Of a stretch of 64,000 nucleotides of DNA, positions 49,555 through 64,000 are shown one piece after another. Made by a program: the position numbers and the translations under genes. Location: assembly GCA_051362555.1 (NCBI GenBank), contig CM120644.1, positions 7,634,954-7,698,953 on the forward strand, written 5' to 3'. The notes beneath the pieces are model-generated. The model did not search any database and was not told where the DNA came from. It was given only the letters and a program-made list of their open reading frames with translations. Source of the stretch: Lingula anatina. Lineage: Eukaryota > Animalia > Brachiopoda. The number at the start of each line of letters is the position of its first letter. Position 1 is the stretch's first letter.

Positions 49555-52489
49555 GATGGTTTGTAACACGCTTGGGCAGCTTGTACTATATATGAAAATT
49601 CTTTTTTATGACCTTGATTTTTCTTGTGAAACTTCACAAATTCCGAAGTCTCCTTATTGTACCTTGCACAGGCAAAAGATCAAGCATAAAATGTTTTTCA
49701 GTGATTTAGGTTTACGCCTTGCGGACTTCGAAGGTCTTCATCCCCTAACACGTTGTCTATGTGAATACTATTAGTACAGTATTTTACGTTTCTTTGAGCG
49801 TAACGAATTAGAACATAAATAAGTATATATTCCAATTGGCGACCTTGATGTTCCGTTGGACTTTCCAAAATAAACGTCGTTTGCACGTAAATGTATGCTT
49901 ACTTCGACGAAATTTTAAGTTTGAATTCTTTGATGATCAACGAATAATTTGATACTCTTTTACAGGCACCGTGGCAAATACGGTTAGCATTTACAAAGGT
50001 CATGACAGTCTTATTATTACCAGAGTATTCTGTTCCAGTTCCTATGAGACTCTTGGTATTAGTGGCGCATACGTCAAGAATTCTCCCAGTACTATGGAAC
50101 AAGGAGGTTACAACACAGATCCTATTGCATGTCGTAGACACCTGACCCCTCTTTCTTTGCAAAGAAAAACAAATATCTGATTAGACTGTGTTTGTTGGCG
50201 TATTAAATAAATACACTGATATCATTTTACACTTTTGTAAACGTTTTAAATTTTTGCTTTTTATGGTGTCTTCTGAAATCTTACTAGCATGTACACCTTA
50301 TATATATACATATTCTGAGCAGCGTCCGCTTATGTCCTTTAGAATGATGGCAGACAGATCAATCGACAACTTCTTAACGTACATATGTATGTACGGTGGC
50401 ATGCGCCTTTCCGTGATTAATGAAACATAGTTTGAGCAACGTTTTTCTGTATGTTTGTCTGTTCTTCTTTTTTTTGCCACTACATACACATGTATCAACT
50501 GATGCGACCTTTTTATAACGCACTGTTACTGCGCTGTCTTTCCTTTGCTCTTAAAAAGTGCCTGGTCTTAAATGTGAAGCATGCCCCGTCTTAAAAGGTC
50601 ATTTTCGGCAACGTGGACACTGCCAGACGGTTGCCAGTACCGATCGAATTCCGTGGTAAAGTTGTATGAAATACACTTAAGGACTCACCCTTATGTTATA
50701 TGAAGGATCGAAGGTGCGTCTTATGATAAGAACTTGCTCCAATGAACTTATTTCCAACCGTGGGTGCCTTTTCTTCTTGAAATGGAAACATTTATATACC
50801 ACGAAATAACATCGTGTGAATAGGGATGCAATGGGTGCGCCTGTCAAATTGATATATGGACCTTTACAATAAAAATTAAGACAAAACTACGTTATATCCC
50901 ATGGGCAGGGTAGTGTAATACCTTCATGGTATCGAGTCAGTCATGTGAATACTAATTATTTTCATGATTAGTCCAAATAAGCCATTTATCAACCCAGTTC
51001 ACTTCTTGATAAGACTTTTGTATATCAGCAAAGATCAATCATCTCCTTGTAATGGATACCCCAATTTAAATGAAACGCACGACATACGCAGGATCGGTTA
51101 TCATTCATTTAGACCAAACTCGTCTTTCTCATTGTTAACTTTTAGCACTAAGTGTCCAGGCAATCGGAGTTGCTTTATTGTTGGTAATATTTTATCAACG
51201 TTGCATTTGTGAGGGTGTGGTTATCACTAATCAAGTCGTGTGTTTTAATAGGTCATTTAGGCAAAACACACAATATTGGTGCGTTAACGGAGTGTGTTTT
51301 TGGTAACGTGAACATGTTTTCGGCGATAGTAACCAGACATAATTTTATTTTCACAATATTCATATAATATTATGGTACTGGTCCATTTTTACAAGACCAT
51401 GTCCTATCAATATGTCAAATAACTATGGTTTTAAGCTACAAATGAAGTAACAGGGTTATGTCACTCTGCATATTGAACCACAAACTAAGGCTTTTTTTAT
51501 TTATTCTTCTTTTACATATGCAAAAACTTACTCTTCTCGGAATGGATATTAATTATTCAAGACAGCTAGGCCAGTCAGGCGCCCGACTGCTTGATCACAC
51601 ATGAAGGCAATAAAACAAAAACATTCAAAGGGCATTTAATTAATACCACTTGTGCTTCGTGCAAAACCACTAAAGATTAATTTCATTTGGGCCCACCGTA
51701 CCTTTTGCACACCTGTATCAAAATAGTTATTACTTTGTCTGATTGGCAACAACCGCAACGAAAACGTAGGCCTACCGTGGGTTATTACGGTTTCTGTGTC
51801 GTGAAATCGGATTGATGATTGTTCTGCTATGCCTGTGTTTGCCACGCGGGCATGTGAACACAAAAGCAGCCAACAACATAGTTATTAAAAGGCATATTTC
51901 ATAAAAACTTGAATGAATATGTAAGCTCAAAAATACATATGAAATGACATAAAAATGAAATCACATAAAATACACAGTTCATCATTATTGTTCTGATTCC
52001 TCAAGTATCTCCAGTGACCTCTCAAACTCAGTGAAACTCTAGTGGAAAATTTAAAAAAAATGGGGAATTAATTGGGGAGGGGATAAAGGTAGATATTTTA
52101 AGATCATGAGAGAAGCAGACCTCCAGATTAAGGGAAGGCTACAATGAGAAACTCATATTCCGCTTTGGACCTGTTTTTATCATTAAGTTCTTTATAGCTT
52201 TCCAGAAAATTATATACACTTATCTTTTTATTTGTGCTTCGGCATTCAATACACTAAAATCGACAATTTTTCTTCATATATTTGGAAATTCTTGTGTTAC
52301 ATTAATTTTAAATATTCGTATGCAGAAAGCTTTTGTTGAACAATATTGTCACAAATGTTCAATAAAAACCGTGGAAATGGACGCCTCACGAGCTATCGAT
52401 TGTTATGGCAGATATATACATGTACATCTAAACTGGCCCTCTCAGTGAGAAAGTACAAAGTTTCCATTTGATTACAATCGTACCAACGA

Positions 52490-52760
52490 AGCTCGAATGG
52501 CTCCGTGGTAACACCGTCGTCTTGGACACAACTAGATACTGTACACGGGTTCAAATCCCAAGATGTTGGCGTGATCTTTTTTGTTCGAAATAATTTCCAA
52601 AATTTGAGTTTGATTACTATAAGAGGAAACTTATACCCACGGAAGGTGGGTGGGTCTTTGACGGCGCAGTCGGTAGCGTGCTTTGTTGCAAAAAACAAAT
52701 CAGGCCATTAGCAAACCATAATAACGACAAGTCAGGAGTTCGAATCTCAGATGACGCATG
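52490..52760 (+). mobile_element. Two degenerate tRNA-derived SINE-like heads
   Basis: A-box/B-box-like pairs TGGCTCCGTGG..GGGTTCAAATCCC and GGCGCAGTCGGTAGCG..GAGTTCGAATCTC; no complete cloverleaf seen. Confidence 0.4.
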
Positions 52761-54768
52761 TCACTTCACCACAACAATGAGATAGCCCAGCAATCGAAAA
52801 CGAATGCAGACTCTCGTGGGTCCGGGCAAATCATCTTTTGCATAAAAAAACGGTATAGTTCAGAATTAGTGATTGATTTTACAACAATTTATTGCTTGTT
52901 ATTATCATAAAGTCTGCGTCGTCAATTTTCTCTTCACTTTAAAGTCTTAAAAATGATACTTATTGGTAATGGTCATTGATCTCTATTCTTCACCAACTAC
53001 ACAACAGATCACACTTGAATTGAGTCAATATCTTACACGACATGGCGACATGCATGCCATATTGCCCTTTCATCTAAAAAATCTGCTCGTTGGGATTATC
53101 AGTAAGAAAAGATTTTTTTTCAAAAGTCACGTCGCCGCTATTGCTTTACTTAATCATACATTTTGTTTTTTATGCCTCCCTTTGACCTTGCTTATCAAGA
53201 CTGTACATATATTCATACAGTACCCGGATAACTTCACAGTGAAATGGTAAAGACTACTGACAACTAAAACCGCCTATTTGTGAACCGCTTTGGCTTTCAT
53301 CGTGCTCAATAACGTCACAGGTGAAGCCAAACGTAAACCTAGTGTAAAAGACATTTAGCTCATTTTGTGTTTATTTATGTCGTCATCCTACTATGACTGC
53401 AGCTGCGAACTCCTCATTTGCCCAATTCTACCATCCACGTTACTGGGTAGCGATATAACGAAGCGTTACTCGGGCGTAGTTAAGACGATCATTTTTTTGT
53501 CTTGGTGCAACGGACGTAAGCAGGGTGAATAAACCCGCACTGACGCCAGGCGCTGCGGTTTACGACAGATTTACGCCCGTTGGTGCAACCGGACGCTGGT
53601 GAATAACATCCATTGATACTATCTTAACGATAACATTTTGGAGATGTCATCTGACGATATGAGACATGGTGATCTGTGTCGTTCTATTACCTTCAGTTGT
53701 GTTTTATTGTGTATTTTGTATCCATAATGGCTAACAACAATGTTGATGACCCCAAATGGAGGTCATCAGGACGGCTTTATTGTCCAATGTGACGTGTTGT
53801 CATTCTCTCTTGGTAAACCGACAGTTTAAGAATAGCGTCGAAAATTGCCTTTTGTGTTGGTAATTGGCGACGACCTTGTCACTGTTGACCAAATATGTGA
53901 AACAAATTGCACGTTTATACCAGCAGTGACTTTGACAATGAATATCCACCCATCATTAAAGTGATAAACATATATATCGTACTCTGCGTCATACTCTTGT
54001 GATCATGTATGGCTTCAGACCTGCGCTAGATGGCGCCCGAGAGCATGCGCTATATCTGACCGGTGAGCTAGAAACGTTTTGAGAGAAGAGTCGTCATTTG
54101 GTGTCAGATATTTTATATGCCTCACTATAGGATTGATAAAGGTAAAGAACGGACAACTATGGCACCAAAAATGAATTCTCTACTATCCACAATAATTTAT
54201 TGTATAAAATTGAACTACTGGTAGACCTAACTGACACGAAAAAAAAAAAAAAAAAAAAGAAAGAAATTCGGTGGTGTACTCTTATAATAAATGTAACAAA
54301 TAACACGTTCTTTATTGATAATGATGAAGACAATGGAAATTATCTCTGGATTGATTTATGGATACCCCCACTATAAGAAACATACACAAGACTGCCTGTA
54401 ATTGTTCGATGAGGTTTAATTTTCTTATGTTTTTTCTCAGAAGTGTACAAAGATTGATACATGTTATATAATTAAGGTATGCTCATCTTTATCCCACTTT
54501 TATTTAGATTTAAGAAAATTCTCCCGTCACAGGCAGTTTTCTTATTACAATGCTGGATAACCATTTGGCACAAAGTTGTCTTTTAAAGTGTGAATACAAT
54601 TGTTTAACGTTGACAATAGACCTAACTTCATAAATATATTATATGCATTTCTATGATTAAAAAGTTCAAAAATGTCACGTGTTCACGTATATGAAATTTA
54701 TTACAGATATATTAAAAAAGGAGCGGTTACTTTTCAACCCCTACCAGTTTCAATATTATTATCAGTAA

Positions 54769-55182
54769 TTACCTCCGCCAAGGAGGTTATGTTTTCACCC
54801 GGTTTGTTTGTTTGTTTGTCATCAACATAACTCAAAAAGTTATCGATGAATTTCGATGGAATTTTTAGGGTAGGTCAGAAATGGGTTAACTTAGCAGTTA
54901 TTAGTTTTTGGTGGTGATCTGGATCAAGAATCAATTAATAATCAATTATAAAAAATAAAAAAACTAAGTTATGGACCGATTTTGATGAAATTTTCAGGAA
55001 CTGTCAGAAGTGGGTCAAGGAACAGATGATTAGTTATTGGTGGTGATCCGGATCAATAATCAATCAATAATCAAAAATAATAAAACTAAACCATTATAGA
55101 ATGAAAATTTAGGGGTGAAACGGCATTGGATGGAGACTTTGCTGCCTTGGCGGAGGTCTGCGCTCTCTGAGTGCTTTTCTAG
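54769..55182 (+). mobile_element. Helentron-associated non-autonomous element (HINE / DINE-1-like)
   Basis: Subterminal inverted repeat ACCTCCGCCAAGG / CCTTGGCGGAGGT, (GTTT)n, ~2 internal ~130-bp repeats (TTGGTGGTGATC.GGATCAA), 3' hairpin GCGCTC-TCT-GAGTGC, ending in CTAG followed by TT. Confidence 0.85.
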
Positions 55183-57803
55183 TTTCAATATATGTTCATA
55201 TATAGGTGATAAATATTTGGTGTCAGTATTATATAGCTATTGAAAATTGGTGAATCGTCCCTTTACTTCAAAGGTAAATGAGTCAATGGTTTTAGAAATC
55301 TCGTTTTAATGGATAAACGTCCCCTTTACTGATGACAAATGATGCATATTTCAAAATGAATTCTTACATAATTTCTTTTTCTTTCTTGGCGTGCTCCTAG
55401 TACTTATCAAATCAGTCCTGTGTCTGTGTTAAGTAGTGTGGGACCTTTCAGATTTTTTGATTCCGAGGTAAAAGAGCAACGCATTTTATCTTCCTCCAGT
55501 GAATTTTCTTGACATTTCACCGGAAGAAGATAAAATGAGTTGATCTTGAGAAAAATGAATCGAAAAAAAAAAAAAAAAAAAAACACTAGTGAGAATGCCA
55601 CTTTCTGAATATGGCAAATGAAACGGAAAAGGTATTTGCCGTGCGGTTTTCCCTAATGTGTATTTAAGTATTTGGTGATTCGAGAGAAGATAAAATACTT
55701 TTTTTTAAATATTAATAGTAACAAGGCCGAACATATATCAAACCTGAGCTTAAAGTTGGACAAGGAGTGTAATGTGCTTATTATCCTTAAGGAAATATTG
55801 CAGCAAACTGTCCTTAAAAGTAATGATGAAGGAGGACAATGGTGGTTAGCTTCCATCATTATTATCTTAGTAATTCAATTAAAAGTGTTGCGGTGAGACT
55901 AAAATGTCATTGACATTTAATCATAAAGCGTCAAATCCAGAATGTTAAGTGAGGGGGGGGGGGGGGGGGGCTGGTGGTAATGGTGAAATACCTTTGAAGT
56001 ATCTCTTCGTTTTCTTAAGCGCAGCCTCCGCTTCGACTCCTTTCCCGTCATTTTGTCAACGCGGTTGTCTAAAGATGTTTAAAATATCGTTTCATGTTAT
56101 AGACAAAATGGGCTTGTGGGGTAGTTAGGAAAGTCTGGCGCTCCGGAGACGTTCTAAGCGAAGACTTCAATCGGACACGCCATGCCAATTTGACTGCCAT
56201 TATTTGACATAATTGAAAAGCAGCACTCATTATGTTTTAGATAGGAGATAAACGTTGATGTGTTGTAGGTTTTATATGCCTTGATTTTATGAAGTGTATC
56301 GAATACATTTCATTCGTAAATCATTAAAGACATATTGAAAACTAAATTAAAGACGTTTCATTATTGTGGTTTAAATTAATATAAGACGCAAAAGTAAGCC
56401 ATTTCCTTCTAGCATGATGAGTAATAAATAAAAGCTTCATTCCTATTTATTTAACAGCCAGACTCTTTAACAACTCTTCATTTACAATATTAGAGCCGAG
56501 GGCCAGTATTATTTCAAATCTATAAGATATTGGTCTGCAATGAGGCACACAGTGGCGACGCTCGGTCCTGTTACCACGCTTTTTCCTTCATTGAACTCTT
56601 CTCTTGTTTTATCTAATAAAGAGATCAGTTGGTCTAATGAATGGTATCAAAACATTAAGAACAATTTTTGTGTATTTGTTCTGTGCTACAAAAAGGATAA
56701 ACATGTGAGACAGCGTCTTATTTTTATTTTAATTTAGAAACAAATTGCATTATATACAAGAGTAAACTATATTAAAACAAGGACATAACTAAATAATATC
56801 ATACATAGAAAGAGATCACATGTCCACAAAATATCATTAAAGTGGCAGTTTGTGAGATTTCCCTTCTTAGAATCTTTAAAATTTTCCATCAAATAGCCTG
56901 CTGTCATTTTACAAATATAGCATTTATCCTGTATAATGGAAAAGATATCCCCCTCTAAAAAACGAATAATGTGTAATTCGTCTTGAAAATGCAACAAAAT
57001 GCGTGCAACTATCGACTAATTGCAAGTCAAAGATGAAAAGTAGTCTTTAAATCGATATATATATATATATGACAAATGTTTGAAGATGGCACTCGTCGCC
57101 TTAATTGTAGGCCAGTACTTAAATACTTGTCGGAGACGACACTAATAGTACTTATACTTAATCAGGTGCACCTTAAACCAGAAGAACGATGTCTATGAGT
57201 TTTTAAAGCAAGGCTTTTTTTGCAATGTAACACAAATAAATTTCTTTTAAAGGAGAGATGATTGAAGACGTCTTTTTTAAATTATCATCTTCGCATACCA
57301 AAAAGTCTATCTCTGAGCCAGGAGGGTTTTATATATTGACAGGTATAATTTTGAATGCACAAAACGCTAATCGTATCATAATTTATTTTATTTTATTTGT
57401 AGTGATTACAACGAAAAAAGATGGGGTAATTTTTGAATAACGACAAAATTCGTGATGGGAAAGTTTTAAGCAATTTAATAAACGGATCTGTTTATGCTCT
57501 AGTTTTATGATAATTGTTAGTGAAATCTTGTCACCTGTTTTATTATACATTAACTCTTCGTGGTTTAGAATTATGTATATTTTTCTCTTTTAATCATAAT
57601 TTACTTTACCACACAACTGGTGTTTCTTCTTTAACGCCACTGCCACATATAACTTAATGCTTGCCGTCTTGGAAAAAAGGGGGAAAAGAAGGTTTCCATT
57701 TCATTCTATACCAAGAAGGGAATTACAGATAATAATAATCATTTCATGTAGAATCAAAATCTATCAACTTTCATCGAGCTACTTATCAATCGTGGCGTTC
57801 CTA

Positions 57804-57817
57804 GAGTGACGTCACTC
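57804..57817. promoter_or_regulatory. 14-bp palindrome containing a full CRE (TGACGTCA)
   Basis: GAGTGACGTCACTC, ~1.3 kb upstream of the 59149 exon; function not shown. Confidence 0.35.
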
Positions 57818-59148
57818 ACGGTTCACGTGTCACGCGATTTCCTTTAATCTCAGCAGTCAGAGAATTAGTCATAATTTCCTTACAAATATTGCAATAGATA
57901 ATGCTATTTGTAAATTGATCGAAATTAAGATATCTTTTATGAGCTAGAATATACTAAAAGACTAATTATACAGTTACGAAAGGCCCTTTATTAACACACG
58001 TAAAGCCGCAGAAGAGGATACTGAGTATTTGGAAATTTAGAATAACTTACCGGTAAGTGAGAAATGACTTGCTAGTAAGCATGTACTTATTACTTGCAAA
58101 AATTTATCCAAGATTCATTTAAAGACACAGGTTCTAAGACACGATTTTTGGCCTTTTTTAAACTTATGGAGTCGAAGATGAGCTTTACTAAAAGGAAACT
58201 AGTAGATCTAACTGAGCAATCTGTATTCAAACATACGCATCAGATACAATAAAATTACACATTTTATTAATGGAATTTCTGTCCTAAAAGTCTTATTAGA
58301 AGTACGGGTTATACGTGTACAGACATTGACATGTAGATGTAGTTTGGGTAACACAGAATGATTATGTAATTATGCAGTGACGCAAGTACATTGTAATTCA
58401 TACGCATTTTGCTCAACATAACGCATTTTCTGAAATAAAAATGGTTAAAATTCACTATGACAGCATTACACAAACGCGCGTGCTCGCCCGACACGCACAA
58501 AACCACCGTGTATTTCTTCTTACACAAATATTTGTAGATTTCGCGCCTGCGCAGGAGGCTCTTCCCTCTACTGGCCAGGAGCCGAAGGTTATCAGATAGA
58601 GTGAGTGGCGCAGTGCTCTACCTGAGAATTCATTAGCGGTCCCTTGCTCCCACTAAATGAGGGCAAGGCACACACAGTGGTCGTTAACGGGCCTCTTATA
58701 AGGACGGCGCGTTTGTCGTGTCGGCTGCTCCAAAACAGGGTGCTGCGCATCGGTGAAACGTCTTTTGGCACCGGGCAGGGGCGAGTCACCCCCAATATAG
58801 TTTTCTTGACTTTGGTGCTCGTGAGGAAGTCTGATTTAGAATTTCCTGAACGTGCGTTAAGTCAGCTGCAATAAGCGGTACAAAAGGCAAGGACAAGTCT
58901 GAATCAACCAAACCCTGTTAAAAAGAGTCAACAGAAAATTTTCGTATTGGCATCCAGAAATTTGTTGGAGAACGAACACGCTCGGGTTGCAGCCTAGTGA
59001 TTCTTCAACTTCACCGCGGATTTTTTCACTCAGCCTCAGACAAAACCTCAAACACCAATTGATCGGTTTCGACAAGGGAGCAAAAGAGGAAACAACCGTC
59101 AGACTTGGCACCAATATCAATATCTCAGGGATATTTCTGTCGACCATA

Positions 59149-59221
59149 ATGGAGAAAGTTACTTTAATTGGACTATGTGCGTTGGTAGTGGCGTCATTCA
59201 CAAGCACATCTGCGGAGCCAA
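59149..59221 (+). CDS. First coding exon (signal peptide MEKVTLIGLCALVVASFTSTSA-EP) of an unidentified secreted or membrane protein
   Basis: ATAATGG start context, typical n/h/c signal peptide, consensus donor A|GTAAGT at 59222 (phase 1). No downstream exon identified in the window. Confidence 0.7.
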
Positions 59222-59514
59222 GTAAGTACAGAACAACTGAGGTAGATATTAGCCAAAAAATTAAGTTTATAAATTCGTTCAGTACGATCGATGCAACTTC
59301 GTGAACCAACAATTTCACTGTATATTGCGTTGCGAAATACGCACTTTGTTATAAGGAGAGAGAGAGAGAGAGAAAGAAAGAGAGAGAGAGAGGGGATGAC
59401 ATTACTAGATTCCATTTAAGGTATTCTTTACATAATTCTTAAACCAAATTAAATTTACCCCAAGGAAAAATTCTCCTAGTCACGAATCATTACAAATCGT
59501 CGTTCATGTATTAT

Positions 59515-59548
<34 letters not shown>

Positions 59549-62500
59549 CATTTTTGAGGATCCACCGTTTTTATTAGGAGATACTCAATAGAAAAGATTG
59601 TACTAATACAAAAAATATGACTTTTGGTTATTTTAAAAAGTGTACAGAATACCCCTAAATTATCAATTCGTCTTTCTGCTTTAAATACACTTGGACAAAT
59701 ACACTTGGACAAATGTCAGCATAAAGATGTGCATCAAATAGCATATTTCATTGACATGTAATCCTCCGGTCCTTCATTAACACAGGAATTACATAGTGTA
59801 CACGGTAATTAAGGTGATGAATGCTAATCGTTTATCGTTTACATACATATCTGATGGGAAAGCCAGGCATATCAAATTTCCATCATAGCTTAATCCCTTT
59901 GAAAGTTAAGTGCACTTTTTTTAATTTCATATCTGAAACTGAAATAGCTTACAGTATATGTTTGATATTTTAATATTACATAATACAAAATAAATGTAAC
60001 ATATACCCTTATTACATAGATTTTGACACCGGTTTGTTGTGTGGAATGCAAGCGAGAATGGGTATATGTAGGTATTTATATGAAAAACAGTGGAAAAACC
60101 AAAGAAGTTAGCTGAAAATGGATTTCATGCTATGCAAAGGACGCTGATAAACCTATACATTAAATAGGCGTTTTGTTTCTGAACAACACCCATTTGCAAC
60201 GAACGATTATTCCCTAGAGTAAAACTGATAAATAAAAACAAAACACACTTTGGCACGACAAATATGAGTTATAAGTACAACTCCAAGTGCTAATAATCCA
60301 TTAGAGTTTATCTTTCTTCCTCCTGTTTAAAGCACTTCCCCTATGGGTGGGGTACATGTAGCGATAGTCATACCAGTCTAACAATATACAGTGGGGTATT
60401 GTTTTGGGGGATGACCATTACTAGCCCCAATGACGTGAGATATGTGGCGTGGATATAATAGGGGGTTGAGGTCAGATAAATTGACCGACACGTGTTTATG
60501 GTACGGTAAATCGTGGCCTATAGGTGTGGACACGCGTGTCCGATCTTCGCAAATTTCGACTGGAGATTTGAAATTCGTTCGCTACGGCTTTACTTGAATC
60601 TTGCGCACATTTGTGTGTGGGTATTTGTGCGTACGCGTGTATGTATGTGTGTGTGTGATTAGTTTTTAGTGCTGATTTTGTGTACATGTGTTGGCTCCCA
60701 TATAAAGCGCACGCACGCTTGTGTGTGTTTGTTTTTGGTTACGTGCCTGCGTGCGCGTGTTTGAGAGAAAGATAATCACTGGACGAAACAATGACGACAA
60801 AAAATACAGCACCTCTCTGGTTTATTTCCCCATAGGCAACGGCTAACTGGACGTTTGTTTTATAATTCATTCTGTATATATCAATTTGACTGCCCCTTGA
60901 CATGAGATGTTGTTGGTTACAGCGACCATGAACTCAACAGAAAACATCAATTACATTCCGTCTCCGTTATAATTGATCTAGACATGTTCTTATAGGAATG
61001 TCCTGGCCATCTAAATACAGCTCAGACGATGCGTGAGGCAATAAATTTCAAACGTATACACTGGCCACATGTATTTTTCCGAACTTGTCAAATAGCTTCG
61101 TGGTTCCTCTGGGTTTAAAATGTAATGCTTTCACGTATTATGGTAAGAAAATAAATAACACAAAAGTGCAGAATATTTTCTATATTTAACCGTTCGGTAC
61201 TTATTGTGTATTTCTTTAGGGGATATATTGTTATATATTGCTTCGCAAATTGATTACACATATGCAGGACAATAGCGTATTATTCCAGCATTCTTGCGGT
61301 AAGGAGACGGTAAGGAAAACAACAGTGCAATGTCACGCGTGTTCTTAATGTATTTCACATATCTTCAATGCACCAAGTATAACTTTAACTAATTAAAATA
61401 TTTTTATTAATGGCCATCAAATTTCATCTAATGAGTTTAATAATTTCGTTTATTTTTATAATTTTTGTACGATCCATCTTTTTTCAATTCCAAATAAACA
61501 TCATTGCATGACGCGAAAGGAACAAAAATGAGAAAGGTATTTCGGTATTTTGGTGAGACACATAAACAATCACCAATTTGATAGAAAATGCCCCATCACT
61601 CTAGATACCATTACACCATTAGCCGCATACAATCAGCTAATATCTGGAAGTGCAAGATATTCAACTTCATTATTTAGTGATCTACTGGAGTGCTTAGAAG
61701 ACCCCCAGTATGAAATCAAAGATAACTATACTTAAGTATAAGTGTCACGACACATTAAAATCTCTACACAGTTGTCCAAGACATCTGATTATCATACTGG
61801 AAACAATGTTAGCCACATACGTAATCAGTAAGCTAGATTCTTACTTCCCTTTATAGTGTAATTTGTAAATATGCCGGTAGAATAGTCATCGTGTTGAACG
61901 AGAAAATACAAAGAGGAAATATGGAGAAGAATAATGGTTGCGATGAACATGTGACCTCTTGTCTCCCCCCTCTCCCGTTGTACATCCGAAACCCCATGGC
62001 GTCCTGACGTGTTGGACCCATTTCACTCTCTCACTCCCTCCTTCTCAACATTAAGAATATGTGAAAAACGCATTTGATATGCCAACTCACTGCATTACTT
62101 GACAAATTATGAAGTCCTCATGTTTATGCAGATGGTGAAAGGAGAGTATTGTACCACTGGTATGTGTTAACTCTCCGGACCACCTGTATAACATGAGCGT
62201 GCTGTGTCAACCTGTCCGATGATAAATGTCCAAAGACACTGATGTGAACCTTCAGAGTTGTGTATTAGTTTTATCTACTAAATCTGAAATGAAAATTTTG
62301 TTTAACGACTTCATAATCGGCAGCGCGTACAGAGTGTGAACGAAGAATGCTTATATACACGTAGGCCTACTAAATAGCCTTTACTTGTCAACCATCCTAG
62401 CTTGATTTTGAATTTTTGAACAATAAATCTCATCTAAATTGTACTTTTAAAATTGTTACAAATTTAGGCGGCCGCTTGTGAATAAAGATATAAAATTTCT

Positions 62501-63869
62501 GAACTATTCTTTAAAAATAATTGGATGTAAAATTGCACAAGGAGTTCAAACGACATCATTATCTTGTCATTTATTATGGCTGTCTCATGATCATACTTTA
62601 CTAAAATTTTGAAAGCGCCAGATCCATTAACCGTGCGCTTTTTGATTAGACAAAACCATTTGGTATGTTCCACTATTTCTTAGTGGATCGTTTTGGCTAG
62701 GGGGTGTCATTTCCACCCAAGGTACCAGTACACTCCGATAAGACACACAGTGTACATGCCACTTCGCTTAAGCTGCTAGAGTTGTGTTTCATAATTAATT
62801 GTATGATATTCGAATTCAGACTAGAAAGAATTTCTGAAACGATAATATCTTTTTCTGTGAAAAAAGCTATGATAAACTTTAAAAAGTTCTGAGCCAAGAG
62901 CACCATAATCTCTGTAAATTATCACAGTTATTTAGATGCAATCTAATGGGATGAAAAAGTTGATATAAATACCAGAAACACTCAAATAGCGACAGTTAAC
63001 TTTAACCAAATGAAAATACAGGGTGATATACTATAATATATGCGACTAGCCACAAAGATTACGATGAGTTGCACGCTTGGAAGCCACGTTATGATAAGAT
63101 TTATGACACTGATAAAACTGACATCCGTCTGCTACGAATAAACTGAGAGGTGACTGGGAATTTAGTATCAAGGAAATCATCAAACCACAGTCAGGATCCA
63201 TTGTAAAGTGCACAAACCGCGATACTGAGATTCGTGACGAGAAAGTAAATATACAAACCTCAAAGAGCAGAACGCCATTTTGACAGATCATTAAAGAGCT
63301 AAATAAAGATAATCAAAATAAACAAAGAAACCAGGAATAAGTTGACGGTGAAATTTATTAACTGTTGCGGTCGATAGAAATTGAAGTAATTTAGTGTGGT
63401 GTAGTAAGCTTTGGAATGGCTGCATGTGAAAGACACGCCTGGAAAATCCTGTCGCCAAACAGGTAACGTCCGTGTATTCATTACAGCTAGTTAGTCGCGT
63501 AGACATTTCATTATTCCAATGATTTCATCCAAACTTGATAACCTATATAATTAGCACTATCGGGCAGATTATCAGTGATTTAGAAAGCATCTTATCAGGG
63601 AATGGCGCTTAGCTTTTGTGCTCTTAATGCGTGCTGTGTCACTTATTAATTTTGCGTGACTTTCGTTTAAGATCTTGATCTGAGTAAACTCTATGTCAAT
63701 GGAGGTTTAAGTATAATTTTTATTGACATCTAATAAAAATGGTAATTATTCAACCTGTTTCATATGACTAAAATTGAGCCCCCCCCCTCTATCTCAGCAG
63801 CTGATATTTTTTACTAAACACAAAACAGACAATTTAATATCGCAAACTTATAAATATCTAAGCGCAAAC

Positions 63870-63875
63870 TCTCTC

Positions 63876-63956
<81 letters not shown>
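63870..63956. repeat. (CT)n microsatellite followed by a poly(A) run
   Basis: Seen directly. Confidence 0.9.
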
Positions 63957-63958
<2 letters not shown>

Positions 63959-64000
63959 GAATTGTGCACGGACACAATCACGCTCCGCACATAGCCCTTT

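Noticed and set aside
52490-52760. Functional tRNA genes
   Set aside because: Only A/B-box-like motifs, without consistent acceptor or anticodon stems.

Overview
AT-rich, microsatellite-rich animal genomic DNA; the gene families suggest an invertebrate, probably a lophotrochozoan such as a mollusc (inferred). Main result: a minus-strand neuropeptide gene spanning ~15 kb. It has a TATA+Inr promoter (21471-21506) and one signal-peptide exon (21330-21390, phase-1 donor) that can splice in frame to either of two terminal exons. The distal exon (6391-8282) gives a ~650-aa precursor with more than 20 KR-flanked LSMDPFN[L/M]-amide peptides. The proximal exon (11508-12106) gives a ~219-aa precursor with related, non-amidated DP[W/Y]N peptides. 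Also present: a six-exon-plus mannose-6-phosphate-receptor-like gene (-), an intronless adenosine-receptor-like class A GPCR (+), a convergent somatomedin-B-domain family-2-type GPCR (-) with an in-frame TGA/micro-exon puzzle at its exon junction, an orphan signal-peptide first exon near 59.1 kb (+), and many non-autonomous DNA transposons. All gene models were built by eye from splice signals and reading-frame phase; none has transcript support here.
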